20,000 nt of DNA, from the NCBI GenBank assembly GCA_905331295.1, contig CAJNYD010000049.1, positions 116,606-136,605 on the forward strand. Direction: 5' to 3'. The number at the start of each line of letters is the position of its first letter. The first letter of the stretch is position 1. Shown here piece after piece: positions 1 through 11,166 of the stretch. The notes below the pieces were generated by a model, which was not told the DNA's origin, searched no databases, and saw only the letters and a program-made list of their open reading frames with translations. The position numbers and the translations under genes were made by a program. Origin of the DNA: Rotaria socialis. Its lineage: Eukaryota.

Positions 1-3000
1 CCGTGAGGATTATGAAAAACGATAATTGAACTAAAAAATTTATAGACAAAGATACTAGATTTGATAAAGCAAAGATGATTGTTTTCAACTGACGTAAAAC
101 AAGCACAAAAATCATCGAAATCCATCCATATTTTTGGTGTCATATGCGTTGTTTTTTTTGATTTTCGGCTAGGTAGTCGAACACTTTGTTGTTCAACGTT
201 ATTTCCTATTGTTGGTGCATCGATTCTTGATGTAAGTTGATCACTTTCACCACCTAAGAATTTATTTAATTCTCATCTTATTATGGCGAATGAAAAAGAA
301 ATAGTGACCATTGAATATGTTTCTTTAGTCGAAGTCATTAGCAAGCATCTGAAATATTGCCTCGAGTTCTTAAGTGACACGAAAAAAGTTTCATAATAGA
401 TTTTTAAATATTCTAAATAGACTAACTAGTAGAAATGTAATCATTTACCACCATTGCTCAGATGATCAGCGTCAAAATCCTCAATCAATTCAGTTCTAGC
501 GCTTCTTAATAGTGAATATTAGTATTTATGTGCTTATCAAGACAAGTAATAGTTCTTAGATCATACACGTAGATATGTGTGCAGCTAATTTATTTACTAG
601 TTAAATCAATAATAATGTTAAATTAAGAATCGTTCAATTCGAAAATGAAAACTACTCAGTGGACAATAGCAAAGCAAAAGAAAAGTACGGTGCTAGAAAA
701 AAAATAAAATCTCTTTCGAATGTACACATAAAATAAAATGTTTCCCTAGCTATTGATTAGTTTTAGAAAATAATTGTTTTTATTGGTTCAAGATTTTTCT
801 GTTGAAGAAATTTTTGTTCTTATAACGAACCTCACGAGCACCCATTATTCCCTTAATTTTAGTTTCAAACGAGTTGTATTGACTCAGCTAATTGTTTTAC
901 GTGATTCTAACCTTTAGTTTTCATTGATACAGTATCAGACGATATTTTTGTACCAATAACAGCAGATTTTTGAGGAGTCTATTTGAAATTACATTTAATT
1001 TATACGTAAAATAACTACTTTCGTAAGCATACTTTCATTCGATCGATTGGAATTTCAATTTTAGATTTGCTTTCTGAACTACGCAGAGATCCATCGGGAT
1101 TCTCGTGAATAATATTTGCAGTTGACTGTAAAAAATTATAATTTCGTTGTTTAAATTAAATCTTTAAAAATAAAATGCTCACATCTTGTTTTGCCAATGA
1201 AAAACTTAAATTTCTATTATTTTGAACAAGTTCAATGTTCGATTCGAGCTTTAACTTTCCATTTTCAATATCTTCCTCTTCGTCTATTTCAATAATATTT
1301 GAATGATCAGGTACCGTAAAATGCTTGACAGATCGATTTAAGTGTGAAGATATATTTAGAGTCCTATAAATAAATTGATGTTTATAATGTTGTCTAAATA
1401 AAACGAAGTTCGAATATCTCACCCGATATGATGGAGGATCGAATGCGATCGAATAGTTGGTTTTCTGCATAAACAATACATATTAAAATATAGCTTTTCT
1501 AAAAAAATATGAAGTTTACATATTAAGTGCACTTGCTGTTGGATAATTTATGTAGGGCGAAGTAATTTCAATCCAACGTTCAGGTTTCGATTCATGCGGA
1601 ACTGAAAGAAAAACTCTAAAATGTCAAGATATCTACTTTTCATAACATTATATTTACCAATGGGTTCAGCGTAAGGTAATACTTTCGGTTTTTTTGGTCG
1701 AATCAATTTCCAAGAAGGTACATACTCTAGTGATGAAGGCGGTTCTAATGGAATATCTCGAATAGATGTGAGTAACATTGATGTTGAAAACGTATCATTT
1801 AAATTATAACGTCGTAATCGTTCACGTCTATCAGCTGTTTCTCTATGCGAACTCATAAGTGTTGGTTGTGAATGTAATGTAGTTCCGAAAACAATCAATT
1901 TTGGTGCTTCAGGAATCATGAGATCATCAAAAGAAAGTCCAGAATCATCCATGGTAGTTCCACGACCACATACACTTAATCGTTTTGCCTCTCTAGAAAT
2001 GCTGACATTTGAACTAGCATCTGAAAACAAAATTTTCTAATTGTATACTGATTGAAAGATTTTACTTGATCGATTTTCTTTGTGACTGGGCGTTTTCGCT
2101 ACTAATGAATCTTTCGGAATATGCAAATGATTGGACGATTCTGTTCTATTGAGTTTTTTACCATGTGAATGATCTGATGAATTCTTTTTTTAAAAAATGC
2201 AAATCAAGTAGAAAATTCTAGTGAAATAGAGAGAAAAAAACTGCTTGAAATTTACATTTATCAATACTCGTTCTCCAGGTAGATGAACTTTTAAATCAGG
2301 CCATTTAAATAATGGTACAGGCCCAAAAGATGACATGTTCTTATTAACTTCACTCGCGTTACCAGAAACATATTGATTAGAACGATCATAGCGGAGAAAA
2401 TTCCATATTTTTTCAGCATGAGTATATCTGCAAAGAGAAAAACTTGTCTTTATATTTCTTTTTGGATTAGTTTTTATTACTTCAGAGGAATAAATTCTGG
2501 TACCCAACCAGTAAGTGAATGAATTACTGAAGCGTCACTGGATTCAAGAATATCATTCGATGCATTGAAACTATATCACCATAGAAACTATTCATAAAGA
2601 AAGGTTTTTTTCTTCTTCTAAATTTTCCTACTCGAGAGAAATTATTTTTAATAAAGCTTTCGATAAAAGCATTGGCCAAAGTTCATGTGGCAATGATGTC
2701 TGCGGTAGAAGACACCGATTTTCAGAGTCAAATGGAATAGTATCATCAATAATAATCTTACGCCAGGCACCCTAGCAATAAAATTAATTAACAAAAATTA
2801 AAGTTGAAGTTTTCTTTTATAATAACAAACCAGAAAGAAAAGTCGAACAACATATTTGCCTGAAGGATTATATGGAGTAATGAATGGCTGTTTAGATACT
2901 TTATTCAATGCATATATGTGTTCCTGATATAAATAGAAAAATAGTTATTCATAGAGTGAAGATAAGAACAAACCCAAGGACGCCATGTTCTTTCAATTCT

Positions 3001-3733
3001 TCTATTAGATTCATTCGTGTTGTCGGATGTTATATTAGTATTTTTGTAACGTTCTTTTCGACAAATATCCCAGAGAGCTGTAATTTCACTGATGATTTTT
3101 CGCATTATCTTTATTAAAGAAAATCCTATTGAATTAAGAAAAAAACAATTCCATAAAAATTTACTTCACTATGATGTAAATGTTGATTTGGCTTAACTAA
3201 ATCAAAACTTTGAATGCCAATATCAGTATCAACGACAACCGGAGACTATTGTATTTCAAAAATGGTGCTTTCGATTTTAATTCGAACAATTTTCTTACCT
3301 TATCAGTTGTCAAAAATTCACTGGGCCGTTTCCATTGTTCTATTTTCAATGATGGAGGAAGCTCGATTTTACCTTCAGGATCTTCAAAAGCATGTGTACC
3401 CTTAAACATCATTCATATAATTAATGGAACGTTTATATTATTATCATACTGTTGAGGCGTTTATTTTTATGTCAATACGACTTCGGACAGAAGCTGTATC
3501 TTTCTTTTTTACAGTTCCTGTATCCCATGATTCCGTATTAACATCTGTTTCATTCCATTCAGGCCACATTGGTGCTAACCGAAATTGTCTATTGTCGATA
3601 AGTCTAAATTTTTAAGAATTGAAATAAATTAAAAGAAAACAAACAAGAACGCTAAAACAAATGAAAACCTTGACACCCGATTTCTACGTCGGCGATTACC
3701 AGTAACAAATTTTGATGATATAGAACGATGCAT
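1..3733 (-). CDS. ADGB: Androglobin (calpain-like N-terminal region); multi-exon, runs off the left edge of the window
   Basis: Manual splicing on the minus strand gives exons 3733-3669, 3603-3450, 3400-3299, 3245-3165, 3108-2974, 2923-2831, 2771-2632, 2570-2481, several further exons between 2427 and ~1030 (boundaries not all resolved), then 978-912, 253-94 and 30-1; the resolved junctions are GT-AG. Peptides PMWPEWNETDVNTESWD, FEDPEGKIELPPSLKIEQWKRP, MRKIISEI, WRPWEHIY, PYNPSGKYVVRLFFLGAWRKIIIDDTIPFD, ELWPMLLSKALLK, SLTGWVPE, VPSWKLIRPKK and KIWMDFDDFCACF-SIIVFHNP match, in order, the human androglobin N-terminal half as I recall it. The globin/IQ region would lie beyond base 1. Confidence 0.93.
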
Positions 3734-5216
3734 TTTTAATATTTTGCCATGTTTAGCATAAGAATGGTCTAGTTTTAGATAGGTAACTCTCAAGACAATA
3801 CTATTTTATTATCACAACCATTTTTATTGAAATAGATAAGACAATATTCTCAACGATTATATCAATTTTGACATCAACATTCATAATAGAGGGCACTGCT
3901 TAACATAACAAACACGTCAATTCAATTTATTAAACTATATATAACCACTATTTATTGTATAGAATCCAACTTTTAAATTCATTAATGCAACGATAGAGCG
4001 TCAAAAGAACTTAGACATTGTGTTAAGATTCATCGCAAATTTCTCTTTTTCAATGAAACCATCCTTATGATATAATATTAAAAAAGAAGAATTTTGATCT
4101 ATCTAAAATCTACAAACCTATCTGTCCAATCCATGGTTGACGACAATCGACGATCTCTAAACGTCGAATATTGTCTTGAATATCGTTCATCATAATCAAA
4201 CGTAAATTTTGATGAATAATGAACTAGTTTAGTAACCGTTGTATAATGTTTCATGATTTGACAAAGTATTGAATTTAGTTCTGATGTTTCTCTTCTAGTT
4301 ATGTTGCATAGAAACCAATTGTAGTCGAGAGTCAAAGCAAAGAAGAAGAAGAAAAAGCTTTTATTCAAAAAATTTGATTACATATGATAACAGTAGGGAG
4401 CGCATGATCACCTGTGGCGTTCATGGAATTGTGCATAGGCTTCTATTTCGATTCTTTTTTAATGCAACATTTGACATACTGCTAATCAATGAACATAAAA
4501 AACTACTGTACAAAATGTTTTTTTATTATCTAGAGAGCATGTAAAATTGCTATGGAAAACATGTGTCTAGCAGTCCACTACTGTTTCTGTTTGAGTGAAA
4601 CCGATTATTAATTTTGTGACCTCATCTTCTTGTTAAACAACTATAATGTGTAAAGAATTCAAACATATAGATGGAAATGCTTCATCATTTACCTATAATA
4701 CAATACAGTATCTTATACTTCCAGCTGTTGAAAAATTTTCCAATGCTACAACTGTCATTACAATAACATTTGTGTATAAAATTATCGATTTCTAGCATCG
4801 ATCAAAATGAAATCGGCCTTTGCTAACCGAAGTAGCAGCAAACAGACGACTTTCCAAATGTACACTATAGAAGGGGACCCCTTCAATGGCAAAATCCCTC
4901 TTTTCCATTTTTCGACAAACTTCAATAAAGTTATTCTGGAACTTTTATGGATGTCCTTCAAAAAGAAAAAAAATTACCTCAACTTTTTTAGCCAAAACAA
5001 ATCATCAGGCTATCAATGTTCAGGAAGGCACACTTTATACGATATTAGAAATCAGATACTTTCTTTGTTTGAATTCCAGTTTTTCTCGAATCCAAGTTCG
5101 AATCATGTATTTCATAACTAAAATTCTCCCATTAATCAACATATTCACGATATTATAATTTAGATAGCTAGAAAAAAAGTGCTTCGAATGACATATATAT
5201 GAAGTGTAGGTTTCAA

Positions 5217-7220
5217 TTAGCTGAGAGTGATTTTCAGCATCGTCACAGAATGATAATCTATTTTTGGTGATGTGTAATTACCAGTAAATGTTCCAATATC
5301 TTTTCGTGCCCATAAATCACGTACAACAGCTGAATGATCAACCGGAAAACCAATGTCCTTCCAATTCACTGTAATCGATTCGCTTCCGAAATCATTTCGA
5401 TTGAGTAATACAACAGCTTGTGAACCATTCACAAGTGGCCCAGCCCACACTTCAAGGTTCGCTTTCAATGTTAAACATTCACCATTGTGTTTACTCCGAA
5501 CAGTTCCGTCATTCGGACTCCATAACCATGCTTGATTATCTTGCTTATTGCATGAGAATGCATCCACACTTGGACCATCAAAATCATATACATCCAAACT
5601 AAATCATTCAAATGAAAGGTCCCGCATAGATATCGTTTCAACTTACCATTTTCCATTCATTCGACTGACAACACTTTGATCAGAAGTATTAATTGTCCAC
5701 TGTTGATTTTTTCCTTGACATTGTGCATTCGGATCATTAATTTGGCATTCACTCACTACAATATTGGCAGCTTCTGATGTACTGCAACTATCGATTGATA
5801 AACATTGACCATTAAGCTTAGATCGAATCGAACCATCTTGAGGATTGTATGACCATTGTAAACGTTCAGGTGCGATAGTTGCTGAGAACGATGTACAATT
5901 AGTCACAGCTACGTCACTTGACGAATTTGGTAGTTGTGATGATCCGAATGCAACTTTTTTGCCTTGAACACCAAGTGGATCTTGATTGACAGCAATGACT
6001 TCAGGATTGGTAAGAGTTGCTAACGTAGCTGCACTCATCTTACTGACATCACATCCAATGAGAAGTGGTGCTTTGCTTATGGCCCAAAGAGAAAAATGTG
6101 AGACATATTCGGAGTCGGTCATTCCACCATTTCCAACTTCGAGCACTGAATATATATGAGATGACGGACGGGGAGAGAGAGAGACAGAGAGAAATATCAA
6201 TATTCGAAAATAGAGTATATAGCTAGTATAACTTACTATCAGGATCATTCCAACCACCTGGACCTGCTTTATCTGCAAATTCATTATTCTAAATGGAGAA
6301 GGGAAGAAATGTCGAGAATTTGTGAATGTAATTGATAGTCATACAATGTCAATGTTGTCCAACATTGATTTCCATTTATCACTTATATCTCCAGTTGTTC
6401 TCCAACTGTTACCAACATTGGGTGCCCACAAAGCTGGCTTATCAACGCCCCATTCTATAGAGCAGAGTAGTAGAAGAGAATATGCCGCAAATCGGTGTAC
6501 ATACCACACATCGAGTAAAAGATTGATCGTCCACTGGCATTCAATGCATCTCTCATAACCGGATATCTCACTTCTGGAATTGTTCCATCACTGTTACAGT
6601 TATCATATTTTAAATAATCTACACCCCATGCAGCATATGTTTTAGCATCTATTATTTCATAGTGTAAGGAACCGGGTCTACCAGCACATGTTTTGAATCC
6701 AGCATCTAGTATCATAAAGTAAAGATTTTGATTTTGCTGTTAAGAAGAAGCACAGTGTCATGATAATTTTACCTGAATAAAGGCCGTATTTCAATTTTCG
6801 CGAATGAACATAATCCACTAATGCAGGAATACCACTTGGAAAAGCGTTTGGGTCAGCTTGAATGGTGCCTTGAGAATCTCGACTAACTTGCCAACAGTCA
6901 TCCATATTTACTAAAGGTGAACGAAATAGATTTAATCTCTGTACTAATTGTTTGCTAAAAATAAAACAAACCATATTGGTATCCGGCAGCAGCGAGACCT
7001 GTTGCTACAATGGTATCTGCTGTTTGTTGAATAAGTTTTTCATTGATATTACAACCAAAATGGTTCCAACTATTCCAACCTAAAGAAAAATAGGTTACCA
7101 GTTATCTAGAGAATATTGATGCATCGTACCCATCTGTGGAGTTCGACCGAGACCATTGTTGAGTTGATTAGAATCCGCAATGAAAAGTAGTAAGGCAACG
7201 AGTTTCAAGAAAGTCATCAT
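5217..7220 (-). CDS. Secreted GH27 alpha-galactosidase with inserted ricin-B lectin domain, copy A (526 aa, 8 exons)
   Basis: Exons 7220-7130, 7079-6972, 6910-6773, 6705-6505, 6454-6345, 6288-6237, 6145-5647 and 5598-5217 sum to 1581 nt in frame; introns are 48-91 nt GT-AG. Signal peptide [17 protein letters not shown], then [38 protein letters not shown] (nucleophile Asp), SWRTTGDI (acid/base Asp), [37 protein letters not shown] and LEVWAGPL...VRDLW. Confidence 0.95.
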
Positions 7221-10200
7221 ATGTCACTCGACGTGTGTAGTGTAGAATATCAGTGCCTTAAGAAAAGTTAGAATGGTTCCATGTATGTGTTCGATGTTGC
7301 TGGCGAGACAGGAGGCATATGATGATAAGCGAGGGTAAGATTAGCTTCAGTTGTGTGTATTTTTGCTTTATTCAGCGTTAACAGATGCCAATCGGTGTTT
7401 TGTTCTCACGGGTGGCTCTTTTAAGTAGACATACCATTAAGAAACCCTTGATTAAGTAGAGTATAAGAAATATAGGTAGAAGTATGATTTAAAAAAATAA
7501 AACTTTGTAGCGGTATTAGAGGCAGCATGACCTATAGTGATGATATATGTTGCAAGTGAAAAATTCAGAAAAATGTTTTTCTAAACGAGACTTGTTTAAT
7601 ATAGATGAAGAACTAATACAATTGGCTATGATAGTTGCCAAGAGATAGAATTTTTAGCACAAATGAGAAACTATTCTGCATATTTCGCAATTGTATACGA
7701 TCTAGGACAAAGTTTGAAGTGAGAAAACATTTTTGTTTTAGTGTTCTACGATATAGCTAATAAATCAATACCGTGCGTCCCCTGGATCTGGTTACTTTGT
7801 TTCCGATCGTTCTAATATGATTTTGAACCACATAGCTACTCTATCATACGTAAATTGAATCATTTTCAGCTTGAAAACTTTTGAATATTAACTAAAGTTG
7901 TTATATACACACTCTTGAAACGATGAAAGGCCAAGCTCACTGCTTATATTTAAATATTGATTGAACTACTTCATGATGTATTGTTTAATATATGTTTTCC
8001 CAGTCAAAACTGCTTTTTATTTTGAAATTCCAAGAAAGCTGCCAAGAATTTCTCCTCATTGGATGAAATGTTTCATTTCAACAACTGGCATTACAGTTCT
8101 TGAAAAAATCTATGAAGCAAAATTGAGCTTTATCATTGAAAAAAGAATCATTTTTGCGATAGGTTACGATCAAAACGCATTGTATTATCAAAAATCATAT
8201 ACAATAGTATTTTAAGACACATATATTTCATATACTGCTTCTATGCTACGACCTTGATGATAGTATTTTTTTCACCACAATTATATGGGATTATCCCAAA
8301 ATCTGACCGGAATATCTCATGAGATGAAGCAATGCATACGTAGTACTATAATAATACTATTTATAATACTTTTCTTACATGCTATTGGATCTTTTGACTC
8401 ATGAAACTAGCATTATGAATAAATCTATTGGTAATCTGTTGAATTCACAACAAAGTAAATTTTAGTACACCTGTCAACAGATATGGTACAGTAAAAGATT
8501 TTTCTACAAACACAATCAGACGAAAAATCGCAAGCAGAACCGCTGAAAACAAAACTTAAAACAAATAATACGACTCTAAACGACTAAAAGAAAATACTAC
8601 GCAGAATGCTAAACATGATATCTCTCTGAAATAATTCCAATCAACTAACTAACAATAATACCTCCAAAAACCTGATCCACAAATGAAAACATTCCAATCT
8701 TACTGATTTAATTCAATCAAAAAGCCATTCACAAAAAGCACACAAAAACTAATGCACCACTAAAGTAAATCAAAGGTCAGTTTAGATGTGTTCTTCTCTA
8801 CATTGTGAGCGTAATGTTCAACATCATCACAGAATGATGATCTATTTTTGGTGATGTGTAATTACCAGTAAATGTTCCAATATCTTTTCGTGCCCATAAG
8901 TCACGTACAACAGCTGAATGATCAACCGGAAAACCAATGTCCTTCCAATTCACTGTAATCGATTCGCTTCCGAAATCATTTCGATTGAGTAATACAACAG
9001 CTTGTGAACCATTCACAAGTGGCCCAGCCCACACTTCAAGGTTCGCTTTCAATGTTAAACATTCACCATTGTGTTTACTCCGAACAGTTCCGTCATTCGG
9101 ACTCCATAACCATGCTTGATTATCTTGCTTATTGCATGAGAATGCATCCACACTTGGACCATCAAAATCATATACATCCAAACTAAATCATTCAAATGAA
9201 AGGTCCCGCATAGATATCGTTTCAACTTACCATTTTCCATTCATTCGACTGACAACACTTTGATCAGAAGTATTAATTGTCCACTGTTGATTTTTTCCTT
9301 GACATTGTGCATTCGGATCATTAATTTGGCATTCACTCACTACAATATTGGCAGCTTCTGATGTACTGCAACTATCGATTGATAAACATTGACCATTAAG
9401 CTTAGATCGAATCGAACCATCTTGAGGATTGTATGACCATTGTAAACGTTCAGGTGCGATAGTTGCTGAGAACGATGTACAATTAGTCACAGCTACGTCA
9501 CTTGACGAATTTGGTAGTTGTGATGATCCGAATGCAACTTTTTTGCCTTGAACACCAAGTGGATCTTGATTGACAGCAATGACTTCAGGATTGGTAAGAG
9601 TTGCTAACGTAGCTGCACTCATCTTACTGACATCACATCCAATGAGAAGTGGTGCTTTGCTTATGGCCCAAAGAGAAAAATGTGAGACATATTCGGAGTC
9701 GGTCATTCCACCATTTCCAACTTCGAGCACTGAATATATATGAGATGACGGACGGGGAGAGAGAGAGACAGAGAGAAATATCAATATTCGAAAATAGAGT
9801 ATATAGCTAGTATAACTTACTATCAGGATCATTCCAACCACCTGGACCTGCTTTATCTGCAAATTCATTATTCTAAATGGAGAAGGGAAGAAATGTCGAG
9901 AATTTGTGAATGTAATTGATAGTCATACAATGTCAATGTTGTCCAACATTGATTTCCATTTATCACTTATATCTCCAGTTGTTCTCCAACTGTTACCAAC
10001 ATTGGGTGCCCACAAAGCTGGCTTATCAACGCCCCATTCTATAGAGCAGAGTAGTAGAAGAGAATATGCCGCAAATCGGTGTACATACCACACATCGAGT
10101 AAAAGATTGATCGTCCACTGGCATTCAATGCATCTCTCATAACCGGATATCTCACTTCTGGAATTGTTCCATCACTGTTACAGTTATCATATTTTAAATA

Positions 10201-10646
10201 ATCTACACCCCATGCAGCATATGTTTTAGCATCTATTATTTCATAGTGTAAGGAACCGGGTCTACCAGCACATGTTTTGAATCCAGCATCTAGTATCATA
10301 AAGTAAAGATTTTGATTTTGCTGTTAAGAAGAAGCACAGTGTCATGATAATTTTACCTGAATAAAGGCCGTATTTCAATTTTCGCGAATGAACATAATCC
10401 ACTAATGCAGGAATACCACTTGGAAAAGCGTTTGGGTCAGCTTGAATGGTGCCTTGAGAATCTCGACTAACTTGCCAACAGTCATCCATATTTACTAAAG
10501 GTGAACGAAATAGATTTAATCTCTGTACTAATTGTTTGCTAAAAATAAAACAAACCATATTGGTATCCGGCAGCAGCGAGACCTGTTGCTACAATGGTAT
10601 CTGCTGTTTGTTGAATAAGTTTTTCATTGATATTACAACCAAAATG
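5317..10646. repeat. Direct repeat pair 5317-7062 / 8901-10646 (1746 bp, period 3584), identical wherever compared by eye
   Basis: The ORF track lists identical translations at an offset of 3584. Introns and the (GA)n tract (6172-6192 / 9756-9776) also match. First differences are at 5316/8900 and 7063/10870. Confidence 0.9.
5466..5915 (-). other. Ricin-B / CBM13-like beta-trefoil lectin domain inside GH27 copy A (copy B equivalent 9050-9499)
   Basis: Three QxW-type motifs (RLQW, NQQW, NQAW), three G/Q-x-I/V-x-S-x-x-N-G-x-C-L motifs ([36 protein letters not shown]) and paired cysteines. One intron (5599-5646) interrupts it. Confidence 0.88.
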
Positions 10647-11166
10647 NAAAGCGTTTGGGTCAGCTTGAATGGTGCCTTGAGAATCTCGACTAACTTGCCA
10701 ACAGTCATCCATATTTACTAAAGGTGAACGAAATAGATTTAATCTCTGTACTAATTGTTTGCTAAAAATAAAACAAACCATATTGGTATCCGGCAGCAGC
10801 GAGACCTGTTGCTACAATGGTATCTGCTGTTTGTTGAATAAGTTTTTCATTGATATTACAACCAAAATGATTCCAGCTATTCCATCCTGAAATTTTTTTA
10901 TCTATTAGACCTTGATAGAACTAACATCATTATGGGTGAGCAAAATATTTCTGTTATAGCTGTAATTCTTTTCCCACGATGAAAGAAACTTCTAGAATTG
11001 TAGGTGTATATTGTAATTTCTTAGAGATTTAGGTCACATCAGTAATCATTTCAATTAAATTTTACAAAATTGTCATACCCATTTGTGGTGTTCTGCCGAG
11101 ACCATTATTTAATTCGCATGAATATCGAACATAGAATATAATAAGGAGAAGACTTTTAAGGAACAT
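8798..11166 (-). CDS. Secreted GH27 alpha-galactosidase with inserted ricin-B lectin domain, copy B (526 aa once the N-joined duplicate is removed)
   Basis: Exon 1 11166-11079 encodes [30 protein letters not shown]. Intron 1 is 192 nt and exon 2 starts at 10886. Exons 3-8 correspond to copy A at an offset of +3584, with a distinct C-terminus ([14 protein letters not shown]). Bases 10648-10869 duplicate 10425-10646 across an N. Confidence 0.92.
10425..10869. other. Probable assembly join: 222 bp duplicated on both sides of a single N (10647)
   Basis: 10425-10646 equals 10648-10869, separated by exactly one N. This is the usual signature of unmerged overlapping contig ends. Confidence 0.85.

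Noticed and set aside
2908..3615. Plus-strand ORFs opposite ADGB exons
   Set aside because: Antisense shadows with no recognisable motifs.
4546..4560. ATTGCTATGGAAAAC, an RFX X-box-like motif ~800 bp upstream of ADGB
   Set aside because: Imperfect match and far from the start; not distinguishable from chance without conservation data.
4099..5158. ORFs 4099-4368(-), 4807-5121(+), 4886-5158(+) and some exon-like AG...GT segments between ADGB and copy A
   Set aside because: I could not assemble a consistent spliced reading frame or recognise any family; a degraded gene cannot be excluded.
5353..6558. Plus-strand and alternate-frame ORFs overlapping the galactosidase genes (and their copies at 8937-10142 and 10536-10721)
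   Set aside because: Antisense or off-frame shadows of real exons; repeated only because the DNA is duplicated.
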